Of a DNA stretch of 64,000 bases, positions 1-11,952 are shown one piece after another (the first letter of the stretch is position 1; the number at the start of each line of letters is the position of its first letter). The notes beneath the pieces are model-generated. The model searched no databases, was not told the origin of the DNA, and saw only the letters and a program-made list of their open reading frames with translations. Position numbers and translations under genes: made by a program. The stretch comes from Macrostomum lignano (Eukaryota): positions 1 through 64,000 of the forward strand of contig NIVC01003602.1 of NCBI GenBank assembly GCA_002269645.1, written 5' to 3'.

Positions 1-430
1 AAAACCAAAGTACTTCACTGGTGGCAGCGGTGGATTCAAAGACCTACCAGCCACCCCGAGAAAAACCACTCTATTTCATGACTAAACAGTGACTATTTTA
101 TAAAGAAATTGGAAGGGGCCCTGCATATCACCTGCTATTGAAAATGAATTTTAGATACTGTGCCAATGCAATGTTGCAATGAATTTGGTATGCTGGTGGG
201 CGCACCACTACCATAAAAAAAATCAAAGAAATTATAAACTTTTAGCAAAGCCAACTTTTTCTTCATTTTTAAAAAATTTTGGAATATAATTGTTTGAAAA
301 ACATAGATATACTTTTTAGAATCTTCTTGCTTATTAGTGCAGCACCTCTTAAAGAGATTAAAACTTTCAATTTGACCATTTGTATGCCTGTATAGGCGAA
401 TAGCTAGCAGACAAATAGGCTGGTACCCTA

Positions 431-1011
431 CAGCCAGGAAGACGGTAGAATCCTCGGAATTTTCCGGTGCAAATCAGCAATTTGCCGGCGCATGGCGCAC
501 ACTTCACTGTGCCGCGCGCATGGGCTCAGTGCATCGGCACATGCTCGGTGCATGGCTCGGCGCATGGCGCACAAGGTATGTCAGTGTATGTGACAATATA
601 ATAATGAATAATAAAAAAACGTATATTAAATGTCAATCAATTAATAAAATAAACGATAGTCAATATGATAGTCATTATTTCCAATGTTGTTTCTATTTCA
701 AATTTCATTAATCGTAGCTTTTAACGATTGCAAAGCAACGAGCAATGGGCAAGTTGGAGCATCTTCAGTTCAGTTCAGTATGAGTAAGTCAAGGACAAGG
801 TCAATTCACTCAAGTGACAGTGACAGTGATAGTGATGCAGATTTTGAAGTTGGAGTTACGGGCACAGCTACTACCATCAGTAAAAATGCCAAAGGTATTT
901 TTCTCGGTGCATGGTGCACAAGTAATTTTTTTTCTTGGCGCATGCGGCGCACACAAAAATTTTGATGGATGTTATTCTGGCGCACATGCTACACCTTCCT
1001 GACCATGGCTG
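431..1011. mobile_element. Putative hAT-type non-autonomous DNA transposon (MITE)
   Basis: Imperfect TIRs: left CAGCCAGGAAGACGGTAG; right end reverse-complemented CAGCCATGGTCAGGAAGGTGTAG. Flanks GTACCCTA (423-430) and GTAC-CTA (1012-1018) form an 8-bp TSD with one C missing. CAG termini plus an 8-bp TSD are hAT hallmarks. Confidence 0.5.
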
Positions 1012-1030
1012 GTACCTAGTATTTTAGATC

Positions 1031-1662
1031 GGGGTGCTTTCACAAGGTCGAAATTTTACAACGTCGAAAAGTAAATTATTTCACAAGGTCAAAACTTCAC
1101 AAGGTCGAAATTTCACAACATCGAAAACTTTAGCAAAAGACTTCATAAGGTCGAAATTTCATAAGGTCGAAATTTCACAACATCGAAAACTCAAATAGCA
1201 GCCACTTTCACAAGGTCGAAACTTCACAAGGTCGAAATTTCACAACATCGAAAACTCAAGTGCAGCCACTTTCACAAGGTCGAAACTTCATAAGCTCGAA
1301 ATTTCACAAAGTCAAAAATTTTATATATCAAGAACCATACAGTAGTTTTCTACATTGTGAAATTTTGACCTTATGAAATTTCGACCTTATGAAGTCTCTG
1401 CTAAAATTTTTGATGTTGTGAAATTTCAACCTTGTGAAGTTTCGACCTTATGAAAGTGGCTGCTGTTTAACTTTTCGATGTTATGAAATTTCGACCTTAT
1501 AAAGTCCTTTGCTAAAGCTTTCGATGTTGTGAAATTTCGACCTTGTGAAAGTGGCTGCTATTTGAGTTTTTGATGTTATGAAATTTTGACCTTGTGAAAT
1601 TTTGACCTTGTGAAAGAAGGTGCTTTCGACGTTGTGAAATTTTGAGTTTGTGAAACCCCCCC
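1031..1662. mobile_element. Foldback/Mutator-like element with long TIRs made of tandem subrepeats
   Basis: The left arm (about 1031-1325) repeats TTTCACAAGGTCGAAA/TTTCACAACATCGAAAA and the right arm (about 1356-1662) carries the reverse complements. G-rich/C-rich termini; perfect TSD TTTAGATC at 1023-1030 and 1663-1670. Confidence 0.75.
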
Positions 1663-3609
1663 TTTAGATCCTAGGATTGCAAATCATGGGATTCTATTCT
1701 TTCCAAAATCCTGGGACTGAAATCCCAGCTTAAGAGGCCAAATCCTAGGATCCCAGGATTGGAATCCCTAATTAAGGCATATGACATAAACATAATTTGT
1801 GCTCAGCTTAAAGATATTTTAAAATGCTTCTTTAAATTGACTATAGCCTAGGTAGCCTAACTGTCTTATAAAGTCAAAAAAAATTTGGCCTGTATTTCCC
1901 AACTGTGTTTGGTTATGAAAATATTCATTCTAATTAATTATATTAAAAACAATCTGTATACTGACTAGAAAGTAGAATAACTAAATTACTTACTTCATTT
2001 TATCTTGTTTGTATCTGGATGTGAAACTAGCAGTCAAAAAGCTTAAGTAGTTAGTAAGTTGGCGTTCTAGGTTGTCGTCTTAGACATTCTGCTTTTAAAC
2101 AAGTTCTCAAAGATTATTAACTAGTTAATAAGTCATTCCGAATTTCTGCTTATTTGGTTCTAAAAACAGATTTTGACACGAAAAACTTCGTGCTTTCGTT
2201 CATCACATGAGTCAAAAAATATATTCTTAAGTATTCTATATAACTAACAACTAACTCATTGAGACCTAGTCATCTTTTGGGAACCAGAATATATAGTGAT
2301 CCTACTAGCTGGTCCACGACTCCACGATTACGAGTCTTTTCGGAATTTCTGGGAAATCAGTAGACTAAAAAGAATGCAAATTAAAACAACCTTTTACAAG
2401 CACTGACAAGTTTTAACGTCTTCTTCCGTAAATTTTTTTTAAATATGACCTGCCTGTCTTATATACCCGTTTAACTTATGTAGGATAAAAATGGACGTGA
2501 GAAGGTGTCTAAACAGTAGAAGTTGCACTTATCCGGGCCCGTCGAGACAATCTTATCACTAGCCTGCGCCGGAACAGAGCATATTTCAAAATTCAAGAAC
2601 ATGAGCTAGTTAACCATTTTTGTACGCTTTCTCAAGCAAGAATCGAGTCGTCAGCCCTCCGGACGGTCGGGATATTTCAACAATTTTGCCATCGCGGCTC
2701 CTTCAACGCAACGGCCGTGACCAGTGACTATAGACACCTTGTTGCAACTATGTCGACGTAGATCTCCGCCTACGGCGTCTTGATGACGGGCTGTATGCTT
2801 GACAGACTAATAGAGGATTGAGGCTTGATAGCAGTTGAGGCTTGCTCACTCCAACTGTCGAGGCTTGAACAGAGACATCAGAGGAATTCGCAATAGGGTG
2901 CCCATAGTCACCTGGTGCTACCTATTGAACGTTCAGAAGGCACTCCGCCTGGGTGAAGACCAGTGACCAAAGAAGTCAGATATAATGCAGACACGTGGTT
3001 GATGTGCTGAAGAATTTGGAGGCTTGGCCAGGCCGCTCTGATGCGCAGTGATGATTGGCGCACAGGGTGTAATTATCCAATACACTAGCGCTTATAAGAA
3101 AAATTTGACCTTCATGGCAGAATTTTTCAATATCTCGACGGTCCGAAAGGCTGATGACTTGATTATTGAATTTGAGAAGGTGTGCAACAATAATTTAATT
3201 AGTCGAGTTCTTGAAGTTCGTGTTCCTGCATTTGCTCTGCGACGTTTGATTCTGTGATTACCCAAAAGTAACGGCGGTACAACAATTAACTGAAGTTATG
3301 CCTTTGAGGTCCTTGAAACAATTAAGCTCACTTACAAATAAGATCCCCATAGAGTCCATGTATACGTACATGTACTGCCATGAAGCAATCATTTCTGCAA
3401 GTATAACATTTGAGGGGGCAATGTAGGTACATTCTATCGTGCTCTACATGTATATGAGATCTCAACTAATCAAGAATCCTGGATCTCAGCAAGGTAAGAT
3501 AGTACGCTGCTATGGTAGATCTAAACAAGGACCATTAAATATGTTACAAGCATGTATATCTAATTTAAAGTCATCATTTGATCAAAGTTGCATGGTCATA
3601 CACTTATAG

Positions 3610-3996
3610 CAGGGCTCAGCAAACTCTAGTCCACGCGCCACATGCGGCCTTTTGTCTTTTGTCTTTTGAAACTTCATAATGGCAATCCGGCCCACTCAAA
3701 GTCTCTTCTCAACTCTCTGATACCTTCTCTCTCTCCTCTTTTCTCGATCCTACTTGTTTCTCTCTTCTCCCCTTTTCTCTTGTTTCTCTTCTCTCCTGTC
3801 TCTCCTTTTCTATCGTTTCTCTGCTCTCCTCTCTTCTCTCATCTCTCTCACCTTTCCTCTGTTCTCTTAGCTCTTATCGCCTACTTCCTCTTCTTTCTCT
3901 TCTCTATTCCCTTCCCTCTCCTCTCTCATCCGGCCCGCAACCAATAGCAAAGGTTCTTTGCCTGGCCCTTGAGGTAAAACAGTTTGTCGACCCCTG
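3610..3996. mobile_element. hAT (Charlie/MER-like) MITE with a CT-rich core
   Basis: TIRs CAGGGCTCAGCAAACT and (reverse complement) CAGGGGTCGACAAACT; degenerate 8-bp TSD ACTTATAG/ATTCATAG. Confidence 0.7.
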
Positions 3997-4988
3997 ATTC
4001 ATAGAGCTTCAATATGAGTAAAACTAAAACTCAATAGTAATTAGAAACGATGTAAGGATTCGCGAAAAAGCCATTGTCAAGCAAAATGGCAGCTTCAAAA
4101 AAGTGAATCCAAGCTTGTCAATTTTTTAATCTTAGATGAGCTGCAAACGTGCAGCATGAGTTCAAATTGACATACACGTGCTTATTACAACTTGGAAAAT
4201 AACGATCGAAAATCATCATTCCTTGACTGACAAGCTAATGTCAAGTTTACTTCAATTGGGACACAGAAGCAAAGTAAATGAAAAAAATCCCTTCAATGCG
4301 AAAACCCACCCTGAGAGTCTGATCCCAGTAGTACTCTGCAGAAGTACATCTATAAGATTGATTATGCAACGCATCTGAAAATATGGCACTTTTTTTGATA
4401 GGATGAAATTGTTTATTTGAAAGCTTACCCATCATACGTACTTGTAACATGCAAAAACATTCGATTGTCGGTATCGAATTTCACTGTCGTCTGCACGGTG
4501 TTCTTATTCCTACACGTATCATTGGGTTGTACAAGAGAAAAAAATAATATCCGAATACAGGGTAAATGTTACAGAAATCATTTTACGTCCAAGAATATGG
4601 CAAAATTTTCCTAGCAAATTCATTCAGTTCAATTCTGCGAAAAAAACCATGCTATTACAAAAGCATAGCAGCAAAGGGAACCGAATCTCCTCCTTACGAT
4701 ATAAGAACATTTAAACTCGACGCGGTATTTTACGAGTACATCTCTGATGTCTTCTGCTGTCCCAAGTGAACGTTTCATGCTTAAGTGTTGGAGAAAAACT
4801 GACAGCCTTCAAATTGCTGGTAAAGTCAATTCCTAATTCTTATTACATGTTATGTGCTTCGGTCCCTAATGCTGTGCCAGAAGGGCGCTATATATTTGAA
4901 ATTATGGGCATTAATATAGGTTTCTTAACTTTCGTATCAAAGGTGCAATTAGTCAAAAGTTCCTAGATTAAAACTTAAAGCAAAAGTC

Positions 4989-5500
4989 TCAAACAAAGCC
5001 ATCCTCGTACTTAAAGTTAGAGCTGTCGGAGCCAGAATCCGAGGAACTGCCCGACTGGCCATTTTGTTTGGTTGGCGGAGGCGGCTCTGGCGGTGGCTGT
5101 TGCTGGTGATGCTGAAGCAGAATCGGCGAAGGTGGCCTCCTGTGCAATTCCATAATTGCCGACGTAATGGTTTGCTTCTTTTGTACGTTTCTATGATGTA
5201 GATCCTGCTGGTGAAACTGGTTGAACTCCGATGATGCAACAGTGTGCATCTTGAACTGTTCACGTGTCGCAGCTTCGTCGCTGTCTTCCGCACGGCAGAT
5301 GTCACCAACTGACGCCGCGGCGCTGAGGCTGACCAGGGCTCGATCGTTCTCAATCACCGCGTTGTTGCCGGCGTCCTCTAGTCTGTACAGCTGCGAAGGC
5401 AGCCGACTTGTTGAGCAGGAGTCGATGGAGGCGGCCTCTTCTGCGAAGCATGAGATTGCCATTTTGTTAATTTCTTGAGCTTGTAGAAGTGTAATATACT
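4989..5500 (-). CDS. mGluR: mGluR putative last exon, long C-tail isoform (KYITLLQAQEINKMAISCF...PPSP...PPPEPPPP...KYEDGFV*)
   Basis: Acceptor CAG at 5503-5501 is in phase 1 with the donor at 5625 and runs in frame into the 157-aa ORF 4989..5462. Composition is coding-like, but the polypyrimidine tract is weak. Confidence 0.55.
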
Positions 5501-5528
5501 CTGTCTTTGATGACGTAAAATTCCAAGT

Positions 5529-5562
5529 TTATAAAAGTTCACTAATTGGTTTTAACTGCATC
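5529..5562 (-). CDS. mGluR: mGluR alternative last exon, short C-tail isoform (...SEMQLKPISELL*)
   Basis: Strong acceptor TTTTCTATCTTCAG ending at 5563, in phase 2 with the second donor GA|GTGAGC at 5621 (58-bp intron); TAA at 5531-5529. Confidence 0.45.
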
Positions 5563-5624
5563 CTGAAGATAGAAAACTAAATGATCTAAAGAGCGAAGAA
5601 GAGTGAAAAAGCGCGCTCACTCAC

Positions 5625-5814
5625 TGTGATTAGCGTTGGTGTAGCTGCCTCCGCTGCTCGATGGCTGCTTCTTGTAATGATTTGAGTTCATGGTCAGCTT
5701 GCGCACATTCTTCTCCGGCTGGAAGAAGATAATGTACAGCTTCGGCGTGAAGAGGCACACCAGGGCCACGGAGGCCGACAGCGAGATGCTCACACATTGG
5801 GTCGTTATTTGCAC
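5625..5814 (-). CDS. mGluR: mGluR exon 4: TM7 and proximal C-tail (VQITTQCVSISLSASVALVCLFTPKLYIIFFQPEKNV...)
   Basis: Acceptor CCTTTCAG at 5815, phase 0 with exon 3; class C GPCR TM7 motif xPKxYII; tandem donors GTGAGT after 5625 and GTGAGC after 5621. Confidence 0.9.
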
Positions 5815-5904
5815 CTGAAAGGAGGTTAAAAAGACATTGACTTGTTGAAGTACGCGAAGTTTAGCAGAGAAGTATGATTTGATGGATTTTTAGGTTGATA
5901 AAAC

Positions 5905-6437
5905 ATAAGAGAGCGAGTGTAGATTGATGGATTATTTTGGGTTGGTAAGAGAGCGAGTGTATATTGATTAATGGTTTGAGGTTGGTAAGAGAGCGAGTGT
6001 ACACTGATGAATGGTTTGAGACTGGTAAGAGAGCGAGTGTACACTGATGAATGGTTTGAGGTTGGTATGAGAGCGAGTGTACATTGATGAATGGTTTGAG
6101 GTTGGTATGAGAGCGAATGTACATTGATGAATGGTTTGAGGTTGGTATGAGAGCGAGTGTACATTGATGAATGGTTTGAGGTTGTTAAGAGAGCGAGTGT
6201 ACATTGATGAATGGTTTGAGGTTGGTATGAGAGCGAGTGTACATTGATGAATGGTTTGAGGTTGGTATGAGAGCGAGTGTACATTGATGAATGGTTTGAG
6301 GTTGGTATGAGAGCGAGTGTACATTGATGAATGGTTTGAGGTTGGTATGAGAGCGAGTGTACATTGATGAATGGTTTGAGGTTGGTATGAGAGCGAGTGT
6401 ACATTGATGAATGGTTTGAGGTTGGTAAGAGAGCGAA
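5905..6437. repeat. 40-bp minisatellite (GAGAGCGAGTGTACATTGATGAATGGTTTGAGGTTGGTAT)n in an mGluR intron
   Basis: Direct tandem copies are visible and explain the repetitive ORFs 5826..6576. Confidence 0.95.
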
Positions 6438-6578
6438 TGCAGCTGTCACACAAATCGCACAAGCAGTTGTTGGCTGTTTGTGTACCATTTTTCTGACTGT
6501 ATGAGCTAGTTTTTGAATAGTCTGATTGGCTTTGGCTTGAATTCGCTGCATACAAGCAGTGAGTTAGTAGGCACAAAC

Positions 6579-7265
6579 CTCGTACGAAGAGTGCGTGCCA
6601 TAGTAAAGCGGCACAAACGCCAGCCAGATGATGCAGGTCGTGTACATGGTGAAACCGATGAACTTGGACTCGTTGAAATTCTCCGGAATACGCCGCGTCT
6701 TAATTGCATAGTAAGTGCACACCATTATTAAGACAACATTATAGAGCAGCGACACTAAAAAGGACTTGTCATCGATTCGGCAGCGCAGGATGGCCTCCAG
6801 ACGCTTCGGATGATGAATCCTGGTGCCCGGATTGTTCAGCACCAGCCAGATCAGGGTGCTTACCAGCTGGACGCTGATCAGCGCCCCGCCAATCAGTAGC
6901 TGCGATCTGGGCGAAATAAACGGTGGCCGTTTCGCGCTCCGACTTGCGGCGTCGAAAATCCTAGCGATTCGGTTGGTCTTGGCCAGCAGCGAGGAGTAGA
7001 TTACGGCGAAGCCCAGCCCGATGCCGATTCGCTGCAGGGCGCAGGTGAATCCGCTGGGCTTAGTGATGAGCAGGAATGTCATCAAGTAGCAGATGAGACA
7101 GCCGGAGAGCAGCAGGTAGCTCAGCTCCCTGCCGGAGGCCTTCACTAGTGGAGTCTCATTATACCGGATGAAGGTGGCGATCACGAAGCTGGTGGCTATG
7201 ATGCCGATGGCGCTCAAAATCATGGGCACGATGGCGTACCAGCTGCTCCAGCGCATGTAGTGCAC
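6579..7265 (-). CDS. mGluR: mGluR exon 3: TM1-TM6 of the 7TM domain
   Basis: Motifs TPLVKASGRELSY, KTNRIARIF, IPENFNESKFIGFTMYTTCIIWLAFVP; acceptor CTACAG at 7266 and donor GAG|GTTTGT at 6579. Confidence 0.95.
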
Positions 7266-9141
7266 CTGTAGATGGGATGAGTAAGCGAGCTTATCGATTA
7301 GAAATATGGAAAACTATACGTGTCGCGCATCGTTAGCACACTTTTTAGTTGACGGAGCCGCGAGATGCTCTCACTTAAGGCTAGTTGACATCGATTGTCG
7401 TAGGACAGGAAGTTTTTTAAACTACACTGACCCTACTCACCTTAGTGTGCGTTTTATCCGAGGCTGATTGGCAAGTTTATCAATAAAAGTTTGAAAAATA
7501 ATATCGGTCGAGAAAGATGCGAATTAACCTCAGAAAAACACACACAATTGCTTCATTTGCAATAGCGGAAGCTCAGGTGAGAGCTTGTCAATATCTTGTA
7601 AAATACGAAAAAATGCAAACCACCTTATATCATTGGTAATTTTTTCTCTGCTATTTACGAGTGTAGTGGCCTTCTACTTTTGCTGCCTACGAGTATGAGT
7701 AGAATTTCACTAGAATCGTGCAGCTCTACTCCTAGTACCGATGTGCATACAGATTGATCCAAAGGTTTCGACATTGAATTTATCTTCTTTGTTGATTGCA
7801 TTGAACAGCCTAAGTCATTGAATTAGCCTAAGTCATAAATATGAGATTCATTATTTTTCGCTCAACACGCTTAAAAGCAGAAGTATCACGAAGAACTTTC
7901 TTTTTCAGCATAAAAAAACCTGTGCGGAAAGAGAAGAAACAGATTCCAGCATCAGACGCGGGTTGCAGGGCACATTGAAGGAGCAGTATCAGGCTAAAGT
8001 GGAACTGACAACCTGCCTGATCCAAGAACGACCCTCGAGGGCCGAATCTGACTTGACCCCCGGCCAATCCGACTCGGGACCGCCGCTCGGGACCCTTTTG
8101 ACACTTTAGCCGGTGTCTGTCAAGCTAAGGGGTGTTGCGGGGTTGGGAAACCCTGTCGGCTATTTTCAGAAGTTCGGTCTGGGCAGGCACGATGAAAAGT
8201 TTCGGTGCACTTTTCTGCAATCCTTTCCCGCGTGCCAAAAGCCCCCAGCCTCCTGATGCAGAATTTCCTATAGGGAAACGGGCCACTTTCCTGTGCGCAA
8301 ACCAGAGCTGATTCCCTCTCCGCTTCTCTTCAAGTCCCGCTCTGCTGGCACAAAGTTTCCTATTTCTCCTCTTATCTCTTCATCATTCTCAGCTGCCTTT
8401 CTCATTCTATCTCTGACTCTTATCTTGGATTGTCACCCACGGTAGCGAGATGGAGACTCCAGGTGCGGGATGGAGAGGTGGTTAAAGACCGTTGACGGAA
8501 CTTCCCGGGCCTCAGGTAGTTAATCCGCCCAGGGTAAGGATTTGGACCAGCCATCCATAAGGCTGTCAGACAGTAAAGTCCAAAGTCGAAAAATGAAGAA
8601 AAATAATTGAGCAATTAAGCTGTCGAAAAGGAAAGTCAATTAGTAATCAGGGAGACAGAAGAGAGAAGGGAGCAGTTGGTATTCTTTATAGACATTTACA
8701 TGAATTTTTGCCAAATGAAAATTTTCTCTGACCTTGGGGATATCCAAAGATAATTTCAGGAAGATTTCTTAGTGATTTTCTTTCTTGACAGCTTCGACAA
8801 TTTGTTAGAGAAAAATCCGATTTCTAGAGAGCATAACGTTTTAACAAACACGTTGAAATGAGCAGTCAGCATCTCTAAACTAGAGAAAAATGCTTCCGAT
8901 TTCATCTAAAAAAAAAACAAAAAAACTTCGAGCCAGCTAAAAACAGCTTTTTTGTTTCTACTTTGCCCATTCAATACAGTCACAATTAGCCATCATTGGC
9001 TTTGTGGCTTTGAGATTGCAATCGGAACACACAGCGGCGCTTATCTTTCCATCTCAGGTTACTTCATTATGAGCTTAAAATAGTTTAGTCGGTGTTTGAG
9101 CTCACCCAGTTTTTCAGTTTTCCTGGTGTCCTTGCTTTGCA

Positions 9142-9639
9142 TAGGGGCGTCGCCATTGATTTTATGGTGTGTGGGTGGACAAAGCCAAGACTAAATTCCT
9201 GCATTATTTTGAGAATCGGTGTTGATAGCACTCATTTTGGCGCCTCAGGCACTCATTTTGGTGCCGCAGGAACTCATTTTTGCGCCGCAGGCACTCATTT
9301 TGGCGCCGCAGGCACTCATTTTGGTGCCGCAGGCACTCATTTTGGCGCCGCAGGCACTCATTTTGGCGCCGCAGGCACTCATTTTGGCGCCGCAGGCACT
9401 TATTTTGGCGCCGCAGGAACTCATTTTGGTGCCGCAGGCACTCATTTTGGCGTCGCCGGCACTCATTTTGGCGCCGCAGGCACTCATTTTAGCGTCGCCG
9501 GCACTCATTTAGCGCCGCCGGCACTCATTTTGGCGCCTCAGGCACTCATTTTGGCGCCCTAAAGCAAAATTATTGATTTCCATAACATAGCTTTTACTGG
9601 GGGGGGGGCATGCCCCCCTGTCCCCCCGCGACGCCCCTG
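9142..9639. mobile_element. hAT-type MITE carrying a 21-bp minisatellite (GGCACTCATTTTGGCGCCGCA)n at about 9229-9560
   Basis: TIRs TAGGGGCGTCGC and (reverse complement) CAGGGGCGTCGC; poorly conserved 8-bp flanks GCTTTGCA/GCTTTTAC; internal tandem array. Confidence 0.65.
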
Positions 9640-9744
9640 GCTTTTACATTCCTTTTGCCATTTAACTGATTCAAGGAGACCATAAAGCTGGAATCTGGAA
9701 TGACAACTACTAACTAAACGGTTTGATCTCTAGACAATTAACTG

Positions 9745-10347
9745 CATAGGCGTAGGAACGGGGGACAGTGGGGCCATGGCACCCCCATTATTTAAATTGG
9801 GGGGGGGCAGTAATGGTATCTGGCCCCTCCCCATTTTAAATGCAAAATGTAGACTTTTTGCTTATTTTTTACTTTTATTTCTGGTTTTTGCTGCTTTGCA
9901 TGAATGCATTTTGCTGCAGGACGACAAAACATAGCGCCTGCGGCGCCAAAATGAGTGCCTGCGGTGCAAAAATGAGTGCCGGCGGCACCAAAATGAGTGC
10001 CTGCGGCGCCAAAATGAGTGCCTGCGGCGCCAAAATGAGTGCCTGTGGCGCCAAAATGAGTGCCTGCGGCGCCAAAATAAGTGCCTGCGGCGCCAAAATG
10101 AGTGCCTGCGGCGCTAAAATGAGTTCCTGCGGCGCCAAAATGAGTGCCTGCGGCGCCAAAATAAATGCCTGCGGCGCCAAAATGAGTGCCTGCGGCGCCA
10201 AAATGAGTGCTGACAACACCGATTCTGAAAATAATTGGTATATGATAATGTGCATTTTCCATATAAAAAACATCTGTGCGCCCCCCCCCCCTTAAATCCG
10301 CCACTGAACCTGGCCGCCCCACTTTTTGAAACGTTCCTACGCCTATG
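9745..10347. mobile_element. hAT-type MITE carrying the same 21-bp minisatellite in opposite orientation (about 9935-10210)
   Basis: Perfect 16-bp TIR CATAGGCGTAGGAACG; 8-bp TSD ATTAACTG/ACTGACTG (6 of 8 match). Confidence 0.75.
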
Positions 10348-10964
10348 ACTGACTGACTGCAGTTCTTCAGTTCACACACAAAAGATAGGTGAGAGTTTCT
10401 CTATAATCTTTTACTAAAGTTATCAAAAGCTTGGTTATTTGTTTTGATTCCCAAATTAGCTGCATTGCAGCTATGGTGTCAAACGCTCTCGCAATGCATT
10501 TCTCATTCTTCTAGCTATACTCGACTCAGAGAGCCCCGCTTTTTTCCCGAGTACGAGCCACGACATGATTTATTCAGGTCTTGCCATTCTGCTGCGTTAT
10601 ACGATATCGCATACGGAGAGATGCAACTCAACCAACGAACAAAAAGGTGTGTTGCTTTTTATTGCTCACATCGTTAATCACAGCGATGCCGCGTATAAGG
10701 AAGGGAGAGAAAAGTACAACCCAGGAAATGCCTCGAGCACTTCGGGCCACTTTCTTATCGAGAAGATAGTAAAATAACGCTTAATTCATGCGACAATGCA
10801 ATCTCGATTTCAATTCATTCAGAAAATCATTGTAGAATTGCTGACTTCATTGATGGACAACAAAAATAAACTCAGGGATTGGATTTAGGCCCCTTAATGC
10901 AATTAGGTTATTTAACCTTGTTAATCTTGTTATATAGTAATAAGCCGCTGCAACCTGGCAGGTG

Positions 10965-11530
10965 TCACAGAATCCATCAAGTCACTGAATCCATCATTAT
11001 CAAGTGATAGAATCTATCAAGTCACTGAGACCATCATCATCAAGTGACAGAATCCATCAAGTCACTGAATCCATCAAGTCAGTGAATCCATCAAGTCACT
11101 GAATCCATCAAGTCACTGAATCCATCAAGTCAGTGAATCCATCAAGTCAGTGAATCCATCAAGTCACTGAATCCATCAAGTCACTGAATCCATCAAATCA
11201 GTAAATCCATCAAGTCAGTGAATCCATCAAGTCAGTGAATCCATCAAGTCAGTGAATCCATCAAGTCACTGAATCCATCAAGTCACTGAATCCATCAAGT
11301 CAGTGAATCCATCAAGTCAGTGAATCCATCAGGTCACTGAATTTATCAGGTCACTGAATCCATCAGGTCACTGAATCCATCAGGTCACCGAATCCATCAA
11401 GTCAGTGAATCCATCAAGTCACTGAATCCATCAAGTCACTGAATCCATCAAGTCACTGAATCCATCAAGTCACTGAATCCATCAAGTCACTGAATCCATC
11501 AGGTCACTGAATCCATCAGGTCACTGAATC
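10965..11530. repeat. 17-bp minisatellite (GAATCCATCAAGTCACT)n
   Basis: Tandem copies ending about 36 nt from the mGluR exon 2 donor. Confidence 0.95.
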
Positions 11531-11566
11531 CAGCAGTACAGCAGAATACTCAATAATATGTCTCAC

Positions 11567-11952
11567 ATGCAACGGCACGCAGGCGGTCCTGTCAGCCGTC
11601 GGTCCTTCATCCGCGCCGCAGTCCACGCAGTCGTCCTTAGCGTCTGTAGTTCGCTGATGCGGCTGACAATCGGCACAGGTCCAGCAGCACTTGTCTTTAT
11701 TGGCGCCCTTATTGGAGTACATCTTCTTCTGGCCGATGGCGCACTCTTCGCTGCACCGGGAAATTGGCACGTCGAGATAGCCGCCGGTCCAGTAGATCTC
11801 GTTTGTCCAGGCCAGACCGGTGCCCTTGCGCCATTCGCCAACGGGTGCATAGTCCCAGTGCTTGTTCTCACGGTCTCGCCGATAGTTGTAGATTTTATAG
11901 GTGCCGATACCGTCGCCCGCCTTGGTGAATTGTACTTTTCTATTTGCCGAAT
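11567..11952 (-). CDS. mGluR: mGluR exon 2: end of the Venus flytrap and the cysteine-rich domain
   Basis: VQFTKAGDGIGTYKIYNY...SRCSEEC...KCCWTCADC...DCVDC...ACVPL matches the class C CRD cysteine pattern. Donor CAT|GTGAGA at 11567; phase-1 acceptor at 11953, with an in-frame alternative acceptor at 11998 that adds 15 aa. Confidence 0.93.

Noticed and set aside
5529-5531. Stop-codon readthrough producing the long mGluR tail
   Set aside because: TAA-A is a poor readthrough context and alternative splicing explains the long tail more simply; not fully excluded.
5826-6576. Long repetitive ORFs here and at 9092-10379, 29298-29963, 31012-31509, 35734-36576, 42140-42827, 51529-52074, 52240-52824 and 62901-63188
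   Set aside because: All are read-throughs of mini- or microsatellites, mostly inside introns.
8125-8615. Possible PPT and LTR start (TAAGGGG|TGTTGCGGGG)
   Set aside because: No second LTR copy, TSD or PBS could be identified.
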